IMG/VR virus record: IMGVR_UViG_3300025653_000134 | Coordinates: 1-33,218 of that record | Source of the DNA: a virus | Lineage: Duplodnaviria > Caudoviricetes | Direction: 5' to 3' (one strand) | DNA: 33,218 nt | Shown here: positions 27,278-33,218 of the stretch, in pieces | Numbering within the stretch: position 1 is the first letter of the stretch | Layout of the letters: each line of letters begins with the position of its first letter | The notes under the pieces: generated by a model | Database searches by the model: none | What the model saw: only the letters and a program-made list of their open reading frames with translations | Told to the model about the DNA's origin: nothing | Translations under genes and position numbers: made by a program

Positions 27278-27660
27278 TCATTGATTGATATAAACCTACC
27301 AAGGTAAGTGGGGTGCTTTTTTTCATGTATATTACCGCACCCCTTAAATAATATACACTACACCTATGTTAAGGGCAAGTCTTACTACGCCCATTCGCTT
27401 CACCATAGGTAGTCCACGAATTGATAGATTTATATCAATCAATGAAAGATGGGGGTTTTGTGCATGGCATACACTACCGCTGCCGATAGTTACACTCTAC
27501 CCCCGTCCTGGCACTCTCCGACCTACTGAATTATACCGACATTTGTTGCGTCTACTGTTATCCTAATCACAAGGTCATCGGGTTTTGGCTTTTGACACCA
27601 CCCCATGCGTTACAGTAGGTCAGGAAACTAGGCGCACTTCTGGTGCATTATGGTCTGTAC
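27278..27660 (-). ncRNA. candidate structured non-coding RNA / early leader RNA
   Basis: Several nested stems, including a 25-bp stem and an H-type pseudoknot, whose mismatches become G-U pairs on the minus strand; no credible ORF. Confidence 0.55.
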
Positions 27661-27804
27661 CACCCACAAGGATTTCATGTGTCCACTTGCCATCGTTCTA
27701 TGCCTATACCTTTTGGGTACTTTTGGGGCTTTTGCTGGTGATGGATACCTAGCATTTTTTGAATATCTGGTTTTTTGGTCCTTTCGTTTTGTTTCAGTCT
27801 CATT

Positions 27805-27850
27805 ACGTTAATTCGGTGGTATTCGGTAGTCAAGTCTTTTTTTATTCGGT
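27805..27850 (-). promoter_or_regulatory. leftward early sigma70-type promoter with A-tract UP element
   Basis: AATAAAAAAAGAC-TTGACT-17 nt-TAACGT; ACCGAAT occurs three times across it. Confidence 0.6.
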
Positions 27851-28505
27851 TTCGAAACTGTATCAATTTGCCGTGGCGTTTAGATATTCAGTTTCTAGAT
27901 GCTTTGGGCTTTATCGGTATCAGATAATCTTTGTAAGACTCTAATCTGTCTTGCCGTTCATCTTGGTTAAATCCTAATCCGAAAGAATAATCAAAAGCAA
28001 CAAAAAAGATTTATAATGTTTTCAATGGGTTAAGATGGTATGCCTGGTTAAGTTTTTGTTTTTATTGATAAAATTATTTTTAAGAAAAATTTTTTATTTT
28101 TTATATATAAAGTATAAAGGGGTTTGTTCATGGTGTGTTCTTAAATGTTAGTCGGTACTTAATTGTTGGGGTATGGCTAAAATTATATGCACCGCCGATA
28201 TAGTTTTGTGTTGTCTTTCATTATTCGATACCTCTATCGACTATGGTATAGGCGTCAATTCATAGGATATCCCTTGCCTATCCACCACCAACCCCTTGAA
28301 AATGCTGCTTTTTTTATGGAATGGTCGCGCAATTTCACCATGCGCTGGCGCGAATAAGATAAAAAGTGTCGCAATCGGGCGCAAATCGCGCGGATCAAAG
28401 GTGGCGGGCAGGGGCCACACCCCAGGTGTACGTACGTATATATGGAGAAATACACAGATTGGGAAAATTAAGTGTTAACCACAAAGGCAACTCATACACA
28501 ACCTA

Positions 28506-28543
28506 TGCACAAGTATTGTGCAACAGTGCCTAAAAAATAGGCA
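28506..28543. promoter_or_regulatory. two tandem 17-bp palindromes (TGC-N11-GCA), NtrC/Fis-family-like operators
   Basis: TGCACAAgtaTTGTGCA (28506-28522) and TGCCTAaaaaaTAGGCA (28527-28543). Confidence 0.5.
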
Positions 28544-28579
28544 ACTTATGATAATTGCTGCGACATATGCAGTTTATGC

Positions 28580-28608
28580 TTGACACGATTTTCGGGGTAT
28601 GGTATAAC
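28580..28608 (+). promoter_or_regulatory. rightward (late-block) sigma70-type promoter
   Basis: TTGACA-17 nt-TATAAC with an extended -10 TG. Confidence 0.75.
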
Positions 28609-28621
28609 ATATATAAAATAA

Positions 28622-28743
28622 AACATTAGATGTTCTACATTAAATAAAGAAACATAGATGTAAGAACATTAGATGTTAAAGACATTAAATGAAAACATTA
28701 AATATAGATAAACTTGTTAAAGACATTTAATGTTACATTCAAT
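28622..28743 (+). repeat. array of 8 degenerate ACATTA(G/A)ATGT quasi-palindromic repeats, about 14-bp period
   Basis: ACAT starts at 28623, 28637, 28652, 28666, 28682, 28695, 28723 and 28735. Confidence 0.8.
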
Positions 28744-28790
28744 ATACCCCATATGGACTAAATTCCGTATTTCCAAAAAAGTAGTTGACA

Positions 28791-29039
28791 ATGGCGAAAA
28801 AATCTGTAAAACTATATACAGACGATGTTCTTGAAGCATTCTATGAAGCAATTAGAACGAACACATTAGATAGATTACACATACCTCATAGCGATGTATT
28901 TTATGTACGTAAGGCAGTAGAAGCCCATTATGGCCGCCCTTTCACATTAGAACACGTAGAGTGGGCAATGCGTATGGAAGGGTGGACAGACGATGCTGAC
29001 AGCAATGGTACTGGTGTGCAGTCTGATGACACGGGATGA
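28791..29039 (+). CDS. hypothetical protein, first gene of the rightward block
   Basis: ORF from ATG 28791 (MAKKSVKLY…). Confidence 0.7.
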   Translation: MAKKSVKLYTDDVLEAFYEAIRTNTLDRLHIPHSDVFYVRKAVEAHYGRPFTLEHVEWAMRMEGWTDDADSNGTGVQSDDTG

Positions 29040-29199
29040 CTGTGTACAGTTTACAGACAATAGAGGCCCGTACAAAACCGAAGAAGAATGTCTAGTCCGT
29101 GTTGAAGAGATGGTGGCAAGTATTACACCGACTCTCCCACGTGTTCCTGTACAATTTATGTGGAAGTGTGAAGAACTAAAAAAAGGTTCATCCGTATGA
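28993..29199 (+). CDS. small Cys-containing hypothetical protein
   Basis: 68-aa ORF with ATGA coupling to the next gene. Confidence 0.65.
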   Translation: MLTAMVLVCSLMTRDDCVQFTDNRGPYKTEEECLVRVEEMVASITPTLPRVPVQFMWKCEELKKGSSV

Positions 29200-29498
29200 C
29201 TATTGAATATCGCGGTACAAAGTTTCCAGGTTATAACAAACCGATTAAGTCAAACCGTGAAGGTAAGAAGATGATGGTTCTTGCCAAAGACGGTGATAAA
29301 GTTAAGTTGATACATTTTGGTGCTACAGGCTATGGTCACAACTATAGTGCTGCGGCGCGTAAGTCGTTTCGTGCTAGGCACAACTGTGATACAGCGAATG
29401 ACAAGTTGACTGCTCGCTATTGGGCATGTCGGCATTTATGGAAAGGTCCGGGTGGCAGTACAAAGTCTAGCCCGAAGTCACGCAAAGGAAAATACTAA
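29196..29498 (+). CDS. small basic phage protein (HFG…RKSFRARHNC…ARYWAC family)
   Basis: 100-aa K/R-rich ORF with a motif common in marine phage late regions. Confidence 0.8.
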   Translation: MTIEYRGTKFPGYNKPIKSNREGKKMMVLAKDGDKVKLIHFGATGYGHNYSAAARKSFRARHNCDTANDKLTARYWACRHLWKGPGGSTKSSPKSRKGKY

Positions 29499-29740
29499 TG
29501 GCTAAGAACAAGAAAGATGATATGGTAACTGTTGTGTCAATCGGTGTTAGTTCTATGCCAAAGGACAAGATTAAAAAGATGAAGAAGGGCATGATGCGCG
29601 GTGGTGTTGCCAATGGTAAAGAGCATATGTATGCTGCTGGTGGCAGTGTTACTGACAAGTTGCCAAACACAGGCTTGCGTAAATTGGCCTCCACATCTAA
29701 AGGACGGGATGCTGTACGTAACATGGGATTTGACGTATAA
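29498..29740 (+). CDS. small basic protein with two xxGG motifs
   Basis: 80-aa ORF with TAATG coupling; MMRGGVA and YAAGGSV. Confidence 0.75.
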   Translation: MAKNKKDDMVTVVSIGVSSMPKDKIKKMKKGMMRGGVANGKEHMYAAGGSVTDKLPNTGLRKLASTSKGRDAVRNMGFDV

Positions 29741-29742
29741 CG

Positions 29743-30345
29743 GTGCATCCTGTAGAAAAAGACATACGTAATTGGTCTAAAAACTTTCTTGAAATACCTA
29801 ACGACAAGTTAAATGGACTACCACCTTGCCCCTATGCTAAACAGGCATGGGCTGATGACAAGGTTACTTTTAGCATCAACACTGGCATAGATGGACTGGT
29901 ACAGTCTGTGCGTGACTTTGATAAACATGACTATGACATAGTTGTGTGGGCTAGTGAATACTTACCCGACATGGAATATCTGGATGGTTTCTGTGACGGT
30001 GTTAACGAAGCAATGTCAGTGTCAGGTACTGACTTACACTTAATGGTATTTCATCCAGACTATGACGCTGAGAAGGCTGGTCTGGACTTTCTCATTGAAG
30101 ATGGGGTAGTTGATAATTCCTTGACATACTGCATGGTATTTGTGCAGAGACTATCTGTGTTGGACGATGCAGCATTGAGTTTAGAAAAGAGTGGCTACTA
30201 CTTAAAGTTTCCCGTAGAAGTATTTCACTCATTAGTTATAGACAGACGGAGATTGAGAAATGAAGGGCAAGACAAAAGTAGCAGCGAAGAAAATGATGCG
30301 TGGAGGAGTTGCCAAGAAGCGAATGCGCGGCGGTGGCATGGCTAA
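29743..30345 (+). CDS. DUF1415-like hypothetical protein
   Basis: PPCPYAK…VFHPD…FVQR pattern; GTG start. Confidence 0.6.
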   Translation: MHPVEKDIRNWSKNFLEIPNDKLNGLPPCPYAKQAWADDKVTFSINTGIDGLVQSVRDFDKHDYDIVVWASEYLPDMEYLDGFCDGVNEAMSVSGTDLHLMVFHPDYDAEKAGLDFLIEDGVVDNSLTYCMVFVQRLSVLDDAALSLEKSGYYLKFPVEVFHSLVIDRRRLRNEGQDKSSSEENDAWRSCQEANARRWHG

Positions 30346-30403
30346 GATGGCTGCTAAAAAGAAAATGATGATGCGTGGTGGGATGGCTAAGAAGAAGAAG
30401 TAA
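30260..30403 (+). CDS. 47-aa K/M/G-rich peptide, not in the ORF track (MKGKTKVAAKKMMRGGVAKKRMRGGGMAKMAAKKKMMMRGGMAKKKK)
   Basis: Read by hand; SD GGAG; three MRGG repeats; TAATG coupling to the next ORF. Confidence 0.75.
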   Translation: MKGKTKVAAKKMMRGGVAKKRMRGGGMAKMAAKKKMMMRGGMAKKKK

Positions 30404-30513
30404 TGGCAAAGCAATACGCCAATAGTTTTATGAAGAAGAAGCGCATTAGGCGTCCGGGTGTTCACAAGAAAAATGTGAATAAGCGGAACAAGCCTAAAGC
30501 ATATTTTGGATAG
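30403..30513 (+). CDS. 36-aa basic peptide, not in the ORF track (MAKQYANSFMKKKRIRRPGVHKKNVNKRNKPKAYFG)
   Basis: TAATG-coupled frame that fills the gap. Confidence 0.65.
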   Translation: MAKQYANSFMKKKRIRRPGVHKKNVNKRNKPKAYFG

Positions 30514-30516
30514 ACA

Positions 30517-31266
30517 ATGAGTATAACAAGCTACCCACAATTGATTGGAATGGGTGGGGGTGTTGGTTACTACCCCTACTTTGTACAGGTATCCCGTGGT
30601 CTTGTAAATGGTCACAAACGCATATTCAAGTTTGGTCACAATCCTGAAATTCAAGACGTGGAAGAAACCATTTGGGATGGTGGTGGTATATACACTTACC
30701 CATCCAGTGCTGTGGCTATGACAGTGACTAGCGGTGCAGGTGCTACGGATAATGGTGTGCAGGTAAATGTAGGTGGTCTGGATGCTGATTATAATGAAGT
30801 CAACGAGACTGTCACACTGGCTGGTAGTGGTACAGCTACAACAACCCAAACATTTCTACGGGTTAATCGCTGTTTCATAGCGGGGTCTACTGCTCCCACT
30901 GATGACGTAACTGTAGCCAATGGTGGCACTACTTATGCACAGATTACCAATGGTGAAAATCAAACCCTGATGACAGTGTGGACTGTACCTGCTGGATATA
31001 CGGCATATCTACTAGCACTAGACGCTACTGCATTTACAGAACAGAACAACAAGGTCGCTACGATGCGCTATCTTACACGAGAAGAGAATGGCGTGTTCCG
31101 TGTTAAAAATAAGTTTGATTTGTTTCAGGCAGCATTTCATCAGAACTACATTACGCCTGAACCTATTTCGGAAAAGACAGACATTGAGTTTCGCGCTGTA
31201 GCCACTAGTTCAAATGCAGACTTACGTGTAGCTGCTTCAATGGACATTCTTTACATAGAGAACTAA
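30517..31266 (+). CDS. putative virion structural protein (beta-rich, T/G-rich)
   Basis: 249-aa ORF; KFGHN…ETIWDGGG…TVPAGYTAY; composition typical of structural proteins. Confidence 0.6.
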   Translation: MSITSYPQLIGMGGGVGYYPYFVQVSRGLVNGHKRIFKFGHNPEIQDVEETIWDGGGIYTYPSSAVAMTVTSGAGATDNGVQVNVGGLDADYNEVNETVTLAGSGTATTTQTFLRVNRCFIAGSTAPTDDVTVANGGTTYAQITNGENQTLMTVWTVPAGYTAYLLALDATAFTEQNNKVATMRYLTREENGVFRVKNKFDLFQAAFHQNYITPEPISEKTDIEFRAVATSSNADLRVAASMDILYIEN

Positions 31267-31267
31267 T

Positions 31268-31606
31268 ATGGAAACAAAGAACCGCACCGTTGGACTTGAA
31301 CTGACCACAAGCAATGCAGATATTTATACTGTGCCATCTAACTATGAAGCAGAGGTAGATAATATCTACATTAATAATGCTAGTTCGTCTAACGTGACAT
31401 TCAGTTTAGATTGGTATGATAACCAAAGTGCTACATACTATACCCTTGCTGAAAATGTTGAATTGCTAGGTAATTCACTGCTTCAGATTAACGATGACCC
31501 ATTGTGGTTGTTTAAGGGTGACAAATTGCGTGGCCTTGCCAGTGTAGGCAGTGCCGTAACTGTTACTGTAAAACTTAAAGAATCATATATGCCGCAACGG
31601 AGTTAA
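31268..31606 (+). CDS. putative small structural protein
   Basis: 112-aa beta-rich ORF (IYTVP…GDKLR). Confidence 0.6.
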   Translation: METKNRTVGLELTTSNADIYTVPSNYEAEVDNIYINNASSSNVTFSLDWYDNQSATYYTLAENVELLGNSLLQINDDPLWLFKGDKLRGLASVGSAVTVTVKLKESYMPQRS

Positions 31607-31611
31607 AGGAG

Positions 31612-31974
31612 ATGCCGCTTACACCTAAAGGAAAAAAGATTAAATCTGCTATGACCAAGCAATATGGGGAGAAAAAAGGTGAGAGAGTTTTCTACGGGGC
31701 AGCACAAAGAGGCACGATTAGCGGCGTGGAGAAGGAACAAAAAGAATACAAGAAAGGTGGCAGCGTTAGAAAAACTAGCAAACCGAAGGTCACTAAAAAG
31801 AAGAGCAAGAGTAGAGTTAATGAAGCTGGCAACTACACTAAGCCAGCATTAAGAAAAAGATTATTTGAAAAGATTAAAGCTGGCAGCAAAGGTGGTAAAC
31901 CAGGTCAGTGGTCAGCACGTAAGGCACAGATGCTGGCACGTGAATACAAAGCAGCAGGTGGTGGCTACAAATGA
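31612..31974 (+). CDS. basic protein; C-terminal half resembles the N-terminal part of DUF5872
   Basis: NYTKPALRKRLFEKIKAGSKGGKPGQWSARKAQMLAREYKAAGGGYK; SD AAGGAG. Confidence 0.75.
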   Translation: MPLTPKGKKIKSAMTKQYGEKKGERVFYGAAQRGTISGVEKEQKEYKKGGSVRKTSKPKVTKKKSKSRVNEAGNYTKPALRKRLFEKIKAGSKGGKPGQWSARKAQMLAREYKAAGGGYK

Positions 31975-31975
31975 T

Positions 31976-32203
31976 ATGGAACATGTATTCCTGCTTCTTG
32001 TGTTTCTAGGTACAGGAGAGTTTAGGCAACCCGTTAGCAACGATATGTACTTTTGGAACATAGAACGGTGCAACTTCTTTGCAAAAGAATTATCAAAGAG
32101 ATACGGTAACTACCAGTACCGTAATCTTGTAGACCCAAAAGACCGGGTGACAGCTTACTGTGTACCCAAATACGTTAACCCCGACAACGTAAGGATATAC
32201 TAA
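31976..32203 (+). CDS. hypothetical protein with hydrophobic N-terminus
   Basis: Start moved to ATG 31976 (MEHVFLLLVFLG…AYCVP). Confidence 0.7.
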   Translation: MEHVFLLLVFLGTGEFRQPVSNDMYFWNIERCNFFAKELSKRYGNYQYRNLVDPKDRVTAYCVPKYVNPDNVRIY

Positions 32204-32683
32204 ATGGACCCGATTACTGCGATGGCGACCGCATCTGCAGCGTTCAATACTATTAAACAAGGCTTTCAAGTAGGCCGTGACATAGAGCAGATGGCGTCAG
32301 ACTTAGGACGCTGGATGGGCGCACTGTCTGATTTGGAACAGGCAGAGAAGGAAGCAAAGAACCCTCCAATATTTAAAAAACTGTTTGCAGGTTCGTCTGT
32401 CGAACAAGAGGCTATGGAAGCCTTTGCTGCAAAGACTAAAGCAGAAAAGCAAAGAGAAGAATTAAAGACGTGGATACAGTATACGATGGGTCAGTCCAAA
32501 TGGGATCAACTTATTCGTATGGAAGCCGACATAAGAAAACAAAGGCAGGAAACTTTGTATCGCCAACGTGAACGTAGGCAGAAGTTTGTAGAGATTGTTG
32601 TAATAATACTATCTAGTATGATAGCAGTGGGTATATTAGGTGGTCTTGTCTATTGGGGAATGGCACGTAGGGGAATGGTGTAA
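32204..32683 (+). CDS. hypothetical membrane protein
   Basis: 159-aa ORF with a C-terminal transmembrane helix. Confidence 0.75.
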   Translation: MDPITAMATASAAFNTIKQGFQVGRDIEQMASDLGRWMGALSDLEQAEKEAKNPPIFKKLFAGSSVEQEAMEAFAAKTKAEKQREELKTWIQYTMGQSKWDQLIRMEADIRKQRQETLYRQRERRQKFVEIVVIILSSMIAVGILGGLVYWGMARRGMV

Positions 32684-32931
32684 TGGCACTTGCAAAGTCA
32701 CAACGAAGCCTGAAAAGATGGACAAAGCAGAAGTGGCGTACAAAGTCTGGTCAACCTTCTGGTAAGACAGGTGAGAGATATTTGCCTGAGAAAGCCATTA
32801 AAGCATTAAGCCCAGCAGAGTATGCAGCAACAACAAAAGCAAAGCGGGAAGGTACACGTGCAGGAAAACAGTTTGTACGACAGCCAAAATCAATTGCAAA
32901 GAAGACTGCAAGATTTCGCAGAGGATCGTAA
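32683..32931 (+). CDS. basic protein resembling the C-terminal part of DUF5872
   Basis: QRSLKRWTKQKWRTKSG…GERYLPEKAIKALSPAEYAATTKAKR. Confidence 0.75.
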   Translation: MALAKSQRSLKRWTKQKWRTKSGQPSGKTGERYLPEKAIKALSPAEYAATTKAKREGTRAGKQFVRQPKSIAKKTARFRRGS

Positions 32932-33008
32932 CATAAAGTTGTTACGTGAAGAGATGCCAGATTGGGAAGACAGACTGGAATATCTCAAATACATTATAGA
33001 GGATCGTT

Positions 33009-33218
33009 ATGCTCAATTTGCTAATAGGACCAGTCGCTGAACTGGCAGGAACTTGGATCAATGGAAAAGTTGAAAAGTCTAAAGCAGAAACTTCTGCAAA
33101 GGTGGCAAAGGCTAAAGCAGAAGCTGTCATCATGGAAAAGAAAGCTACTGGAGAAATTGACTGGGATTTGGAAATGGCTAAAGGCAGTCAGTCTTCGTGG
33201 AAAGACGAGTGGCTTACG
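33009..33218 (+). CDS. putative holin-like membrane protein, 5' part (truncated by the window)
   Basis: MLNLLIGPVAELAGTW…SWKDEWLT open to the window end; SD GAGG; the SWKDEW motif is typical of 3TM holin-like phage proteins. Confidence 0.55.
   Translation, partial: MLNLLIGPVAELAGTWINGKVEKSKAETSAKVAKAKAEAVIMEKKATGEIDWDLEMAKGSQSSWKDEWLT

Noticed and set aside
27278-27660. Known RNA classes (tRNA, tmRNA, hammerhead, cobalamin or SAM riboswitch, true retron)
   Set aside because: No cloverleaf or T-loop, no CUGANGA/GAAA core, no B12 box recognised, and no reverse transcriptase in the window
27366-27944. ORFs 27366..27566 (+), 27675..27866 (-) and 27759..27944 (+)
   Set aside because: No SD, atypical composition, and they overlap the promoter and RNA stems; more likely non-coding
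28028-28165. CtrA boxes (TTAA-N7-TTAA)
   Set aside because: TTAA pairs here are 14 nt apart, and 3 nt apart near 28470, not 7
28622-28743. Mini-CRISPR array
   Set aside because: Units are only about 14 bp with no unique spacers; the Cas4-like gene is an ordinary phage replication exonuclease
28785-28813. Second rightward promoter starting at TTGACA 28785
   Set aside because: No good -10 box at 17-nt spacing, and it overlaps the start of a coding sequence
30232-30849. 205-aa minus-strand ORF in the late block
   Set aside because: Antisense to well-supported + strand genes; its IIFFLA repeats are just the reverse reading of the K/M-rich peptide

Overview
This 33-kb window is part of a marine podovirus genome. 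It is most likely an HMO-2011-type phage of alphaproteobacteria (SAR116/Roseobacter/SAR11 group). The diagnostic sign is a family A DNA polymerase with a DnaJ-type CxxCxGxG zinc finger inserted, next to a tyrosine recombinase, primase and helicase. Three blocks are visible. (1) 1-9369 (+) holds large putative internal virion/ejection proteins. (2) 9393-27263 (-) holds early and replication genes: HhH-like glycosylase, C5 methyltransferase, YubB-like protein, pyrimidine-dimer glycosylase-like protein, two T5orf172/GIY-YIG paralogs, integrase, primase, helicase, PolA, SSB-like protein, exonuclease, endonuclease I, DUF3310, class II RNR and MazG. (3) 28791-33218 (+) holds small basic and structural late genes and a holin-like gene. 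Blocks 1 and 2 converge on a bidirectional terminator at about 9375; blocks 2 and 3 diverge from a 1.5-kb non-coding control region. The most unusual signals are: a ~400-500 nt structured minus-strand RNA ahead of the first early gene, with a 25-bp closing stem and an H-type pseudoknot; an ACATTARATG motif array just downstream of two sigma70-type promoters 8 kb apart; tandem NtrC-like palindromes upstream of the late promoter; a putative virion protein with ADP-ribosyltransferase-like H/S-x-S/E-x-E motifs; and a short [MYL]xxGGx[VAM] tag shared by several late proteins. All family assignments come from recognising motifs by eye; no database search was run.
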